Shown here: positions 37,900 through 50,767 of the stretch, piece by piece
Layout: every line of letters begins with the position of its first letter
Position numbering within the stretch: the first letter of the stretch is position 1
Origin: Blepharisma stoltei ATCC 30299
Taxonomy: Eukaryota > Protista > Ciliophora
DNA: 64,000 bases
Reading direction: 5' to 3'
Assembly (NCBI GenBank): GCA_965603825.1
Contig: CBFDEM010000045.1
Span: 434,001-498,000, forward strand
Notes under the pieces: model-generated
Told to the model about the DNA's origin: nothing
The model's database searches: none
The model's input: only the letters and a program-made list of their open reading frames with translations
Made by a program: the position numbers and the translations under genes

Positions 37900-38577
37900 A
37901 CAGGAAAAATTATAGCTTTTAATTAATTTAGTTAATTGTTGATAAATATTATGAATTTGCGATAAGGTAAGAATTTAATGCGCTTCATGTCTTTAAGAAT
38001 TATAATGATAATGAGACATTTATAAGGGATATTATCCTCCGTTAAATTAAAGCTGAATAAAATTATTTTAATTTTTTTTGGAGAAGAGATATTTTAAGAA
38101 TCAAAAAAGTGTCTCAGGGCTTGAATTGATATATAAATTATAGAGATGTAATAAAAATAGACTTAGCAGTAAAATTGAATTTTCTTTAGTTTAATGTTAG
38201 ACTATGATAAAATCGTTAGCAGGCTATGCAATGCAGTGTTTAATAATCAATTATTCAGTAGGCAAGCCTGCAATAAATCCTTATATGTTTTGTATTGAAA
38301 CTCAACTATATAATAGTTTTTGTTTCAAAAGTTTGTCCTCAGTTTCTCTAGCTGCCATTTACTCCATCCATAATCCTTCCGTCCTCCTATGCACTTTTCC
38401 CCTTGCTTCTTAATCTTTGTCCTTTTCCTAATGCCCCAGACTTTATTTATCCATTCTTCAATCTCCTATTTCTTTCGCCATTCCAGTTAGCTTTTGTTGC
38501 TTCCTCTTTAATTTCCTTTAGCCTCTTTTAATACAAATAAAAATCGTAATGCCTTGTTCAAAATAATTATTTCATAT

Positions 38578-40584
38578 ATGGAGGAACCTACTACTAATTT
38601 ATCTGAACTCTTAAATCAAAAAGAAAAAGAATATCAAGAAATCTGCAAGCTCCGTCTATTGCAGCTAGAAGATCAATTAAATACTAAAAATACCTATATA
38701 AAGCAATTATTATCCCAAATAGAAAAAATTCAAGAAGATTTTAATTATAATGTTCAATTAATTGACGAAAGAGATACTGAGCTAATTGAGCTCGAATCCA
38801 AAATCGACATACTAAAAAAGCTTATAAAAGAAAAAGATACTGATATAAGTGAGCTAAGGGCATATATTTCAAATCTTGAAGAGAAAGTAAAAACATCATC
38901 TTCAAAAAACACAAATAGAGAAAAATCATTGATTTCAGAAAGAGACGAGCTTAGAGAAAAAATAATTGAAATAAAAATTAATAAAGAAAGTGAGATAGCA
39001 GAGCTTAAAAGTGCATTTGAAAAAGGATATGCGAAGATTAGGCAATCTTTAGAAGAATCTAAAGCTGAGAAATTTAGTTTAATTGAAAAGTATGAGAAAA
39101 TGCTAGAAAATCAACAGTTAGAGCACAATAAAATAGCTTATGCTCTAAATAAAGAATTAGAAGAAAGAAAAATTCACATTTCAAGCTTGATCAAAAATAT
39201 TGAAGAAATTCAAAAAACTAATTCTTCAAGAATAACTCAAGATATGAAAGTTGAGCTTGAAAATTCATATAGAGCTCAAATAAAAATTCTAGAAGAAAAA
39301 TTAGATTCAATGGAGAAAGAAAGCATAAAGAAGAAAGATAGAATCAGACTATTAGAATACGAAAATCAAGAACTAAAAGATATGAATATCAAAGACGCTA
39401 ATTTTGCTTTGCTGCAAAAAAACAATTTAGAAAAAGATATTGCCAAACTAAAATCTATGCACAATGATGAGTTAAAATATATAACGGAAACCCATGAAAT
39501 TCAAATCCAAAGAATCACAACTTTGCACTCTAATCAAATTAAAAAGCTCCAGGAAAAGCTAGCTCTTGCAGAGTCAGAATTAGAAAAATATTCGATTATT
39601 TTTGAAGAAGCCAAATCTGCACACGAAGATCAAGAAAAAACATTGAAAAATGAAATAAATAATTTGAAAGAGGTAAATGAGACTGAAATTAAGGCTCGCG
39701 AAAATATAATTTCAAATATCCAAGCAAAATTGAAAATAAGAGCAGATGAAATTGAGAGCTATAAAGGGAAGATTGAAAACTGGAAAACAATCGCAGGACA
39801 AAGTTCTGAAGAAATTAGGACGCTAAAAGAGGCGCTTTGGAATGCTGAACAAAAAATTAAAAATTTTGAAAGTTATCAAAATGTTAAAGACTTAGAAAAA
39901 GATGAGCTGCAAAATAAGATTCAAAATCTAGAAGCAAAACTAGTGCTTGCATATTCTCAGCCGAAAAAAGAGGAGAAAGAAGAGTCAAGATTATGATCAG
40001 AAGATTTAGGCCCTGCAAGCTCTATAGCATCGTATGATAGCCAAGGCAATCAAATTATAAAAGAAAATTACCAGGCTTCACAGTCAATTGGATATGAGAA
40101 AAGTGAAGGATTTAATTATGAGTCTACAGGAAATAATCAAGGTTTAACAAAGAAAATCAAAGAGCTAGAAGATGAAAACTCAGGCTTAAAACGCCAAATC
40201 AAGCAGCAAGGAGGTAGCCAAATCGCTACAAATAATGCAGAAATAAAGCAATTTATAGAGAAGTGCCAAAGAATGAAGGCTGAGATAATTAGGCTAACAA
40301 ATGAAAGAGATCAGCTGATACAAATAAGCTCAGAACTCAGATATGAAGTGAATAGATTAAAAGAGAGTGCACCTGCAGCTCAGCCTCCTGTAGAAAATGC
40401 TGCAGATGAAGATCACATTTTGCTCCAAGAAGAGTTTAGAGTTGAAGATTTTCCTATAAACGATGCCCAAAATCGTGATATGAACTTAGAAATTAAAGGA
40501 TTTAATAAGCCTCTAGTAAAAGCTCCTCAGGGCATCGATTTTAAAACTCTTAAACCTACAAAAGTCCATAAATCCAAACTATAA
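38578..40584 (+). CDS. Long coiled-coil protein, CCDC57-like (centrosomal/basal body)
   Basis: QEDFNYNVQLIDERDTEL and LTNERDQLIQISSELR resemble the conserved ends of CCDC57. The frame continues through TGA at 39994-39996. Confidence 0.7.
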
Positions 40585-40705
40585 AATAGTCTTAAATAGA
40601 TAAAATTATAAAATTGACTTAAGTTTTAGATATGGAATAAAATTAAAATTTAAAATAAAATCAAAATAATAGAACCAAAGTTCGCTATTAAGTTTACAAG
40701 TCTAA

Positions 40706-41095
40706 TTAAGCTTGATTCTCAAACTTGACAATACTTTGCTTCAAAATATCTTTCCATATTAGTTTCTCACAAATATCTTTTAGTGAGGCTTCTGGAGTAT
40801 CTTCTCTGCAATCTGAATTGAAGCTAGCTCTAGTAGAGCCTTCATAATCTGGATTCAAAGCATTTGGCCTTTCTGCTTCATTATGGGTTTCATCATTAGC
40901 TTGGCTCACTAAGCTATCCAAATTGCTATTGATCCTTCTTAAAAGGCAGTCTATATTTTTCCAGTCAGTCTGCATAAAAACGTCGTCAAAATATCTTTTA
41001 GAATATTGCAAGTTAAAACAGAAAAAATAAGTATATCTTCGGCTTGTCTCTGGGTCTTTCGCTAGCTTTACATGGTGTGTTGCGATCTTATGCAT
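40706..41095 (-). CDS. Hypothetical protein (129 aa)
   Basis: Clean ATG..TAA ORF between AT-rich spacers. Confidence 0.55.
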   Translation of the reverse strand: MHKIATHHVKLAKDPETSRRYTYFFCFNLQYSKRYFDDVFMQTDWKNIDCLLRRINSNLDSLVSQANDETHNEAERPNALNPDYEGSTRASFNSDCREDTPEASLKDICEKLIWKDILKQSIVKFENQA

Positions 41096-41159
41096 TTTTA
41101 TATTTTATATTTAAATATGGATTGTTACCTTTATCTCCATGCTAAAATCTTATGAATAT

Positions 41160-42095
41160 TTATATTATTTTTAATTTTGCAACCTCAAAGAAACTCGATT
41201 TCGAATATTTTTCTCTCACACCTACCAACGAATGTTTAGGGGCTGCTTGAAATAAAATAAGCAGGTCTTTTGCACAAGCCCTCAACTCTGATTCATTATA
41301 TCTTGAGCACGAAACAAGCCTTGCGCTTCAAGAAGGATCAATTTTATGGAGCTTTTGACACAAGTAAACAGCAGAGGCAGCTATCATGGAGGCTTTATAT
41401 TTTAGCATATGATACTCTACTAATGCTAATTCACAAAGGTACCGAACAAAAAATGACATTTTCATGTCAAGTTCTGCGACCATTTCAAGCCTTTCAAGGA
41501 ATCTCCAAGTAGTAACGACTGTTAAATTGAAATCTAAAGCAGCTAGCATATCACGCTCCATCACTAAAATTTGGTCTCTTGTGTATGTTTTGTCTGTAAT
41601 AATTACAAAGTCGTCAACTGTGACTGGTATGATTTCTTCATATTTGCAAGATATAAATAAAGCTGTAGCACCTACAAGCTGTAAATTTGATTTAGGAACA
41701 GGCCGCTTTTCTAGATATCGGTCAATGTAGTTGACTGTTAAATAAAGGGTCTCGGTAAGCAGTTTAAATTTCAAATGAACACTAACGAGCCAATCGATTA
41801 AAATTGCTCTCATTTTGTAGCTTAACCCCGGCTGATTTTTAATATAATCAGGGTTAAAAGATGCCAAATCTTCATATACATAAAGATTGTGATAGATCTC
41901 AGCTGCATATTCTCCAAGGAATTGAGGATCACTTAAATTAACGGTATCAATGATATCAGGCTGAAATTCAGGCTTCGATAAAGGAGTGAAAACTCGAAGC
42001 GGCATTCTAGTTTTGCACTTGGGAGATTGGTCATGAGGTTTTATTTTTGTTTCTGCAACTAAAGCGTTTTCATTCTCATTAAGAGAAGTGTTCAT
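41160..42095 (-). CDS. Cyclin A/B-type (mitotic) cyclin (~311 aa)
   Basis: MRAILIDWLVSVH, ETLYLTVNYIDRYL, LQLVGATALFISCKYEEI; RMPL is D-box-like. Extends through TGA to TAA at 41160. Confidence 0.92.
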
Positions 42096-42742
42096 ATTTT
42101 AAACAAAATATCGTTAATTACTTCTTCATCTATTAAATTAAATAGTTTCAAATAGTCAAACTAATTTAATATGAGCATTTTATTATAGATAATTCAGTAA
42201 GATTTATATTAAAATTATGAATTAGTAAGTAAATTTTAGCTGTTTATTTAAAAAGATTTTGCAGGCTTTAACGGCTCATAAGAGAGCTATCTATGACTTC
42301 CTTCGAACTACTGGCGACCAGAGGCTGATGCTTGAAGTTAAAAATTAAGGCTGCTTCACTTCCACTGAGGACTGACCAGAGGGTAGGTGGTTCTACTCCA
42401 AGTTTTTTCCAAACAAAAAATGCAAAATGAAAACTTGTGATCAAAGGACTAGAGGTTGAAGATTGCTGGCATTTATGATTATAGAAGTCTCTTAAACAAC
42501 TTCTAATTACTTTTTGTTTGAGAAGCATCATAACAATATATTTAAATTTAAGAAATATTTCACTTTAAAGTAATCCACATAACTTTGATTAGCTTCTTAA
42601 ATTATATAAGAATAATAATTTTCCTACAATTTCAAAGAATTTAATATAATTAACCTTTTAATTATCTCTCTTCTATAATAATCCATTTTAAGCTAATTCC
42701 TCTATTCCATCATTTATTTTTTCCTCTTATTAAAAATATTTA

Positions 42743-44944
42743 ATGTCCCTAAAATTTGAATCTTGATGGTTTGATTTTTATCCAATCTATTCTCTGAAGC
42801 AAATTGACTCCATGCCTATATACATTAAGTTCCAGTCCTTAAAAGCCTATTTCAAAACTAGCAATGAATCCTCTTCAGAAGCGTTCTGAAGAGATGACAA
42901 TTGCGACATCTATGAATGATTTGACAAGCCATCCTCATCAGGAGAAAAGATTGGCCACGATTTCAATTCAGATACTTGGTTTTACGAGCACTGGTTCATA
43001 GACAGCGAAATTCACACGACAATAAAATCATGGATTACTAAATCTGCAATAGAATGAGGAGTCATCATTAAAATTTATCCAGATCATAAGCTTCATACGT
43101 CGTGGAATTTACAAGATGGGGTCAAAACCTTAGAAGAGTCTGTTATAAAAGATGGCTGCACTGCTGGAACTAGAAGAAGACTAAACTGCACTGTAAATGG
43201 TATTGAAGATTCGATAACAAATTTTAAGGAAAAAAATGATGAGAAGTGAACAGAAGAAACGTGAACAAAAGGGACTGCTAGAGGACAAGAAAAAGTCTAT
43301 AAGAAAGGAAATGAGGCAAATGGAAAGAGCTGAAGCGAAGATTATGATTCTGGGGAAAAATGCGAATGGAACAGTCAAGATGGGATTGTAAATGGCAAAA
43401 AAGAAGGATGGAATCCTAAAGTGAAATGGACAGAAATTTGGAAGAAAGGAGGAAATTATGAAAAAACTGATAAAGAATTTGTGGAAGGCAATAAGAAATG
43501 GGGAATCATAAAAGAGATAAAAAAATCATCAACTTATAAGTTGGAGTGGGAAGGCGAAAAGCCTTCTTTTGAAGGAAATGGCCAAGAAAACTCATCTGCT
43601 GAAAAATTAGCAGACTTGAATAATAAATTGCAAGAAGATTTTTCATTAAAGTGAAAAAGCGCTCTTGACTTGTGCCTTGATCTAATTTCTCAATCTAATG
43701 ATACTTTGTCGAAGATTGAATTCCTTGATCCTAGCTTAGATGATCAAGTTTCAAAGAGAAGAAACCAATTATCCTCCAAAATCAATGAATTAAATAAAAA
43801 TCCAGACGAAAATAGCTTACCTTGTGCAGTAAAATTACTAAAAGAGCTTGAAATCTTAAAATGCTTAATTTTGGATGACCATATTAAAGATCCTTTAATT
43901 AAGAGCTTAGAACTGAATGAATTTATAGGAAATAAACTTGCAGAATTAATGAGCATACCAGATCTTTCCAAAATAAAAGATTTGGAAGAAAATTTCAAGG
44001 ACTTAAACAGTTTGGTAAATAAAGAAAAACGCACAGCTTATATCAATAAATCATTAGTTTGCAGTATTTGTGGAATAGAAGATATAGATAACGAATTCGC
44101 TCAAATCATAGCGACATTAACAATAAATGCCAATAAATATATTGGAATTTTGCCTTTTGACAGTAAATACCTCTTAAAATTTATTTACTCAAATGGCACA
44201 CAATCGCAGTCTTCAATTTCAAAATCTTTAAACTTGCTTGGAGATATGATCAAAAGCGATATCAACAAAGACTCATTGAAAGAAATAATTGATAGCGGAA
44301 ATAGCGCTATGACAGGGGTAATTCCAAATGACCAAGCCGAAGCATTGGTACTAATCAATAAAACTGTAGAGCTGCTTCTATCAAGTTTTGCAAATGAAAC
44401 TGATGCGATTCATGACCTTCTTATCAAACTCAAAGAAGAGATCGAATTCTCTGAGCAATCAATCCCATCAAAGTCTTCCAGCTTAGGAAAACCACCTAGA
44501 CCTACAAAAGTCCGCTCATCAAAACCGCCTCTGCCAGCCTTACCTGCAGAGCCCGAGGGAAAAAATGATATAGAAAAAGCTAATGAAAGCTTGATAATTC
44601 AAGCTGAAAACTATAAAAAAATTGTCAGCACACTTGAAAACGAAAACTCAATGCTCAAAAAACGCTTAGGCTGTCTTGAAAAACTCTGTGGCAGCAAAAC
44701 TAAAGAATTTTCCAACGCAGCAATACAGGCAAGTGAAGAAATAATTTTTCAGTCTTATGAAAACTCCCCTCTAAGTTCTCGCAGTTTTATCAGTGAGAGA
44801 GGAGACTATACGCCTTCGTCTTCGGTTATTCTTGAAGAAACCAAAAACGAAGAAACTGAATCTTCAACCACCACAAAAGTGATAAGGAGAATTATTAAGA
44901 AAACGACCATTAAAAAGAGAATAAATAGATCATTAGTTTCTTAA
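42743..44944 (+). CDS. Hypothetical protein (~733 aa): Trp-rich N-terminal domain, helical middle region, Pro-rich linker and coiled coil
   Basis: Unbroken frame from ATG 42743 once 8 TGA are read as Trp; joins ORFs 43421-43654 and 43670-44944. Confidence 0.78.
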
Positions 44945-44945
44945 C

Positions 44946-45572
44946 TTATCCAACTTTAATATACAAAGCGATGGCTATTGCAATCATAAGTAATACAATG
45001 ATGACAAGCATTATCAGCTTCATCCATTTACGTCTTCTGTCCATAGAGGTGATCACACGGTTCGCTTTATTCACGTTAGTTCCGACGTCGTTGACTTTGT
45101 CATTTATCCCTTGGAGCTGAATTCTTTGGCCTTTTAATACATTCATAGTGTTATTTGCGGTGGTTTCAGCTTCAATGCCTACTTTGTAGGTTCTTTCTAA
45201 TGTTTCACCTGTTTCTTGTAACAACTCGTTTTGAGAGATCAAGCCTGTTCTTTTGTCAACGCCAGCTGCATTTCCTATAAGGTCGACTTTGTTTTTACGG
45301 GCTTGCTCATTATTAAGGGATTTTTTTAGGTTTAAAAGATTTTCTTGGTGACGCTTTAATCGAGGCTGGTATTGAGAGGAAACATTAGGCGGAAGAGAGA
45401 TTATTTCATTTTCCATTTGGCGAAGTCAATGTTCAGCTTCTTGGATATCATTTTTTGCTTCTGATATAAGAGTGTCTGGCTGCTGTGATGCAGGAAGAGT
45501 TGCAACTTTTTTATTTGCGCTGGCAATATACTTAGAAAAGTCATTTTCATATCCTTTGAAGAGTTCGGCCAT
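44946..45572 (-). CDS. VTI1: Vti1-like Qb-SNARE
   Basis: MAELFKGYENDF..LRQMENE N-terminal bundle, SNARE coil with QR..L, C-terminal TM; one TGA. Confidence 0.88.
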
Positions 45573-45744
45573 ATTATAATTTTTGCAACATTTGGCTATC
45601 TTCAAATAAGTTATTAAATTAGAAGCAGAAAATTAATATTTTTCAAGGCAACATACAATAAAATATACAAAAATATATCAAATGATATTGGTTTTCTAAC
45701 CCTACATAAGATTCATGCCAAATTATATATCTAAATGATTTTTA

Positions 45745-46683
45745 TTATTGATTCAATACTTTCAGAAGTGCCCCTAAAGCACCAAAATATCCATCATGTT
45801 TCAAAAACAGAGCTGTAGTTTTCCCTTGTGACCAATACTCCACTGAATAGTTAATTCTATCCATCGTGTATTCATATCCCCTAATAAAATTCCCTGCAAA
45901 ATAAACGTGATCTGTTTTTTCAAGTTTAGTTGCTAGATATGCAATCTGCCCAATATTATATCCTACCATATTTAATAAGCTCTTCGCTATATCAGCTCTT
46001 TGAAACTCATTTGTATCCTTCATCGCAATTTTCCCTAGTGAAACAGCCAAAGTGTCTGGATATCCTGACCCATATATATCAGACATCAATAAATCGGTAT
46101 TATTTGCATTCCCGTGCTGACATAATTCTAGCAGCTCCTCATAGCTTTCTATTCCCAAAATTGCAGTGGCGAGTCCTAAACATGTGCCTCCTCCCAAACA
46201 AGTCCCAGTAACTCTTGAAATCCTTTCTTCTTCTAATTTAATAATTGATACTCCTGAGCCAATATTGCAAAGTAAGCTTGGCAAAGGCCTAGGGACCACA
46301 CTTTGTTTTCCTCTTTCTATCGAAAATGTATAAGCAGGCTCTGGCACTTCTTTGAGAACCTCGCTGAACCCAGCATTCAAGCTTTGGATTTCGTCAACCT
46401 TAATAACCGTTGTGTGGAGCTCTCTCTATATTTATTATACCTCAAGCTCACTGCTAAATTTATAAGCCCCTCCCCCTGTCACAGGCAATTCTTTGCTATT
46501 GAATCCTAAGTTTTTCAAAAACCCGATGGTTTGGTCGATATCTCTGCTTTGAAATACAGCCAAGTGAATTGTGCCGTAAGAAGTCCTAAAATCCAAATCA
46601 GAAGCAGGCTCATCTTGGTCTAAGTACGCTACTTTTGCCAAGGTCCCTCCAATATCAATAGCGAACTTTCTGCTATTCTCCAT
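45745..46683 (-). CDS. Type II (eukaryotic) pantothenate kinase, one 15-nt intron
   Basis: AIDIGGTLAK, TGGGAYKF, DEIQSL, NIGSGVSI, GTCLGGGT, FLKHDGYFGALGA. Intron at 46426-46440. Confidence 0.92.
46426..46440 (-). other. 15-nt intron GTATAATAAATATAG
   Basis: Contains in-frame stops; removal joins the PanK halves. Confidence 0.88.
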
Positions 46684-46718
46684 TTATTGCACAGTTAAGT
46701 TCCTAAGATTAAATTAGC

Positions 46719-49028
46719 TTAATAATTATCGTCTTTGATATTAGAAGCGTCATAAGGAACTTTAGTAAAACCTGGCTCTTCAGTGAAGTAAAGCCCTCTC
46801 AGCTGTTTTTGTTTATCTTCATCTGAGGCGAGTCCAAACAGTCTTTCGTTGGCTACTCTTTCGCCCCATGTGATCCCATTCTTGACCCTTGAAGGCGTAT
46901 CAGGGATTTTGCTGTCAATAAAGGCCTTGATAACTAGCAGGATATGCTCAATTAATAAGAAATAAGTCCATTGTACAGCAATGTCGTCGCCAATATAGAA
47001 GATATCAGCTGTAAAAATAATGATGCCAGTGTTGGTGAGGGCGCCTAAGAAAGAAATAAATCTAACGATAATTTCCCATTCTCCAATTGAATTAGCTGGA
47101 TCTGGGTAACATCTCTTGCAGAGGTGGGTAAGCTTGTAGGCGTCGACTCTGATTTCGAGAAGATTCATAAAGAGGGCTACTAAAGGAAGGAGTGGGAAAG
47201 CAGCTGAAAACATGATCACGTACCCATAATTAATCACAATTTCCATATAATCATCAAGAGGGGTTTCGTAAGGGTCTAACTGATTTTCTTCTTCTGCAGC
47301 AGTCCTTTCAGCTCTTACACTTTCTCCTTCTTGTTTTAGCCTTTCCGCTTCTTTATTCTCCTTTCGTTTTTTAAGCCAGTTCCTAAGTAAAGGTAGCCCA
47401 AGCTCAAGCCCATTCATGCTAACATTAATGATAAACATATAAACAATCTGAGTCTCAACTTCTGCCAGACAGTCGTCATTTTTGCACCCTTCATAATGGC
47501 GCTTGAAAAATGCAATGTAAAATAATGAAAGATAAGAGTTGATAAACTGGAAAAGGTATAATTTAAGGGTAAGTGAATCCATATATTTTGATTCATATTC
47601 ATAATTTTCCCATGATGTCAGTTTCACTGCAACTCGTCTATATATGAAGTTCATAACTTTGATTTGCAGACCATTTAAAGTTGCACAAACACCTGGGCTG
47701 AATGTGCCTGCTGCTCTCAGCATAAAAATGCCAATGACAGTAACCACAACAATTCCTACGAAAAGAATCGAAACTGAGTACCCAATAAAGCGCTTGAATT
47801 TTTCATAGCTTTTGCTTTGGCTTATTTTTTTCTTTCTGCCGTCAACTGGGTCTGTGCCGTATTCTCCTTTAAAGCCTGTTCTTTGTTGTTCGACGACCAA
47901 TAAATTTACTGTACCCCACATCCAAGAAAGTTCGCCTTGTCTTCTGTGCCATAACTGGTCAAATAAGCTTGAGCCAATTGCTAAAAGCAGCCCAAATACA
48001 AGCTGGGCAATATCAGGAAGAGACATGTCACTTGATTCTGCGTCTTGTTCAGAGTTATTTTGGATTATGAATAATCCAATGCCTGCAATTGCTGGGATCA
48101 AGAGCCAAATGATATAATATTGAAGCCATGCGAAGTACATAGAGATTTTTTCACCAAAATATGAACGTATTTGCTTGAATGGCTGTGGCTTATAGAATTT
48201 ACCGAAGCCTCCCCAGTTATCTTTGAGAAACTGAAGCTTGGCTTGTTCATGCAAGCAAAAATGACCTGCAAGTAAAGTGTTTTCGACTAATTCTCCAACG
48301 TCAATCACACTTTCAATCATTTCGAAAACAATTCTGACCTTGTCTTTATAGAGGAATAAAGAAGTGCCTAGGTTTTCATCCTTTGCTTTTTTCTGGAGAG
48401 GGGTGTATTTTTTGAAATTGTCTTCAATTCTTTTCTTAGCAAAGCTTGCGATAAGCTGCAAAGGGTTGCTTGCTCCTAATTCTTCGTCGTCTTTTTCAAA
48501 GCCTGAATAGGGATAGACGTATTGAAATCCTGCTTTTGGTTCTCCCTGCCTTGAGAGCTGGAGGTAGTAGTTCATTAAATCAGCCTGAACTCTTAAGTTA
48601 TACTCCGATGCTTTCATCTTGCAGAAAATTTCATCTTTGTCCCTTGAATAATAAAGTTTGACTTCAAGCTTCAGGTCATTTGTGAGGATATGCAAAATAC
48701 GTTCCATCATGAGCTTTAGGAATTTTCTAAATTCAACAGTATCCCCTGCAATGTCTCGTGTGAAATTTTTCCATTCCCTCTTGAGCGTTGTGATCCTTTG
48801 GTCTTCGTTTGGATTTTCCTCTCCACTGATTTTGAACGATGTATTGTAAATGGTTTTACATCGCTCGACAGGGATCTGGTAATTAATTGTACCTTTGACA
48901 GTTTCTTCAGTTGAAAAAATGTTTTGAAAGACAAAAACGTAGTGGTACTGCTCTTCACTGTCAGCTTGGCTTTCAACTTTTTGTTCCCCGTAAAGGTTGA
49001 GCAAAGGGTTAAGATTAACTTTTGCCAT
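46719..49028 (-). CDS. Anoctamin/TMEM16 Ca2+-activated channel/scramblase
   Basis: IRSYFGEKISMYFAWL, KLYLFQFINSYLSLFYIAFF, DDYMEIVINYGY, EIRVDAYKL. Confidence 0.93.
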   Translation of the reverse strand: MAKVNLNPLLNLYGEQKVESQADSEEQYHYVFVFQNIFSTEETVKGTINYQIPVERCKTIYNTSFKISGEENPNEDQRITTLKREWKNFTRDIAGDTVEFRKFLKLMMERILHILTNDLKLEVKLYYSRDKDEIFCKMKASEYNLRVQADLMNYYLQLSRQGEPKAGFQYVYPYSGFEKDDEELGASNPLQLIASFAKKRIEDNFKKYTPLQKKAKDENLGTSLFLYKDKVRIVFEMIESVIDVGELVENTLLAGHFCLHEQAKLQFLKDNWGGFGKFYKPQPFKQIRSYFGEKISMYFAWLQYYIIWLLIPAIAGIGLFIIQNNSEQDAESSDMSLPDIAQLVFGLLLAIGSSLFDQLWHRRQGELSWMWGTVNLLVVEQQRTGFKGEYGTDPVDGRKKKISQSKSYEKFKRFIGYSVSILFVGIVVVTVIGIFMLRAAGTFSPGVCATLNGLQIKVMNFIYRRVAVKLTSWENYEYESKYMDSLTLKLYLFQFINSYLSLFYIAFFKRHYEGCKNDDCLAEVETQIVYMFIINVSMNGLELGLPLLRNWLKKRKENKEAERLKQEGESVRAERTAAEEENQLDPYETPLDDYMEIVINYGYVIMFSAAFPLLPLVALFMNLLEIRVDAYKLTHLCKRCYPDPANSIGEWEIIVRFISFLGALTNTGIIIFTADIFYIGDDIAVQWTYFLLIEHILLVIKAFIDSKIPDTPSRVKNGITWGERVANERLFGLASDEDKQKQLRGLYFTEEPGFTKVPYDASNIKDDNY

Positions 49029-49253
49029 TTATAGCCAATACAATAAAACTGGCAAAATAGGAATTCATTATCTCAAATAATTATGACTACCTTTTTTATG
49101 AGGACGGAAAGATTTACATCTATTTGGCGTAAACTTAAAAACAGCTTATACTAATTAATTCGGAGAAAATTACTATAACTGAAGGATTTTATCTAGAGGC
49201 ATTTGAGGTTTTCTAATTTGATATATCATAAAAAATTATTCTTTTATATAGTG

Positions 49254-50111
49254 TTATCTTGAAGTTAAAGATCCAGATCTTTTCTTTTGAGATTTAACTG
49301 AATTTGATACTAACTCTATTTTTTCGTCATAAATCCCAAATTCTGAAGGAAGCTGATAAGCGCCAGGCCCTGGAACTTCACCTGGAGAGCTTGGCTGCGA
49401 GCTTCTTTCAGATTTCCCAAATGTCCTTGTAGATGACGAGTGGAATCTTGAAAAAAAATAATCCCCATTTTTGCTTATCCCTTCTATCGGCTTATACGTC
49501 CCAGGCCCTGGTACATTTGAATAAATCCCATTTGTGTTTGCAAACCTATCTGATGAGCTTGAGCCAAAAGTCCTAACTTTTGTGCTTCCTCATGAAGATA
49601 AAAAATATTGCCCAGTTTTGTTCATATTCCATTTCGGTGCATAGTTGCCTGGGCCTGGAAGGTTTTTTTGTTCTTTTAATTCACCAAGAGAGTTCGTCCT
49701 AGATCTCAAACTCCATCTAGGTCCGTCATCACCTACACTTTTTTGTCTGTATGAGTAACTTCCAGGGCCTGGATTGCTTGGATCAGGCCTTTTATGACTT
49801 TCAAAAACCTGCTTATTGCACAGTTCTCGGGCTGTTCCAAAGCTGAATGAGACTTTTTTTAGGGATGAAGGTGCTTCGTAGTGCCAAGGAGGTGGGCTTT
49901 CAGCTTTTTGTTTTGTGAAGTCAGAGCGATCCCCAAACCCGAACATTGTAGAACGGGTTTTTAAAGTTAGGGGCAGATCATAGCATGATTGTTTGCAGGG
50001 AGGTTTAAATGGCTCTGCAAAGCGCTGGGATTTTCCGAAGGAATATTGCTGTTTTGATTTAGATGAGTTCAGTTGGTGTCTATTGATTTGGAGAGGGGAA
50101 GTAGTTTGCAT
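49254..50111 (-). CDS. SHIPPO/ODF3-like PGPGxY-repeat ciliary microtubule protein (~285 aa)
   Basis: Repeated PGPGSY, PGPGNY, PGPGTY and PGPGAY with FG..R motifs; continues past TGA at 49590. Confidence 0.82.
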
Positions 50112-50767
50112 TTATCAATAATCTCATTTTATTGAATTCAAAATAAGAAATAAAAAAACAAAAGATAATCGGATGACTAATAGATCAATATATATGATGT
50201 CGATAAAGGTGAAAAGTTTACTTATTGCAAATACCTTAATTAGTGTTTAGCATGCCATTTTATTCAGCAGAGCTGAGATAATCCTCTATTTTAAACTTGA
50301 ATTTGTGACATCCGAGTCATCTTCTAATGCCCTTTACAATTGGACGTCATAAAGTTGTTATCAAATGATATTAGCTTCTTGCACGCCAAGTAGCTTATAG
50401 ACAGCATTACCTCGCTCTGCATTTAACTTGTGCATGCTTTCAACCTAAAGTCTTCTGGAAGACTCAAGCAACAAGCCCTGAGCCTCCTAAATCCAAGAGC
50501 CAACGCCTCCCACTCTATTGCCAGTCCTTTTTGGCATAATTATATAAAGGGCCACTAGGAATATTAAACTCCATAATAATAAAATTGCAATAAGATTGAA
50601 AAGCTCTTGGAAAACTTATCCAACGATGCATTTTATTATTAGGTTTTTACAAATGCCAAATTAAGAGAAAATTTTAATTTATTTTATTAAAATGAACCTA
50701 TATTCTAAACAAATATCCTAAAAACAAACAAAAATCATTCTATACATTCTTAACTCTGATAAATTAT

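Noticed and set aside
38204-38530. 69-aa ORF and pyrimidine-rich tract upstream of the CCDC57-like gene
   Set aside because: No consistent frame on either strand and no motif; cannot support a gene.
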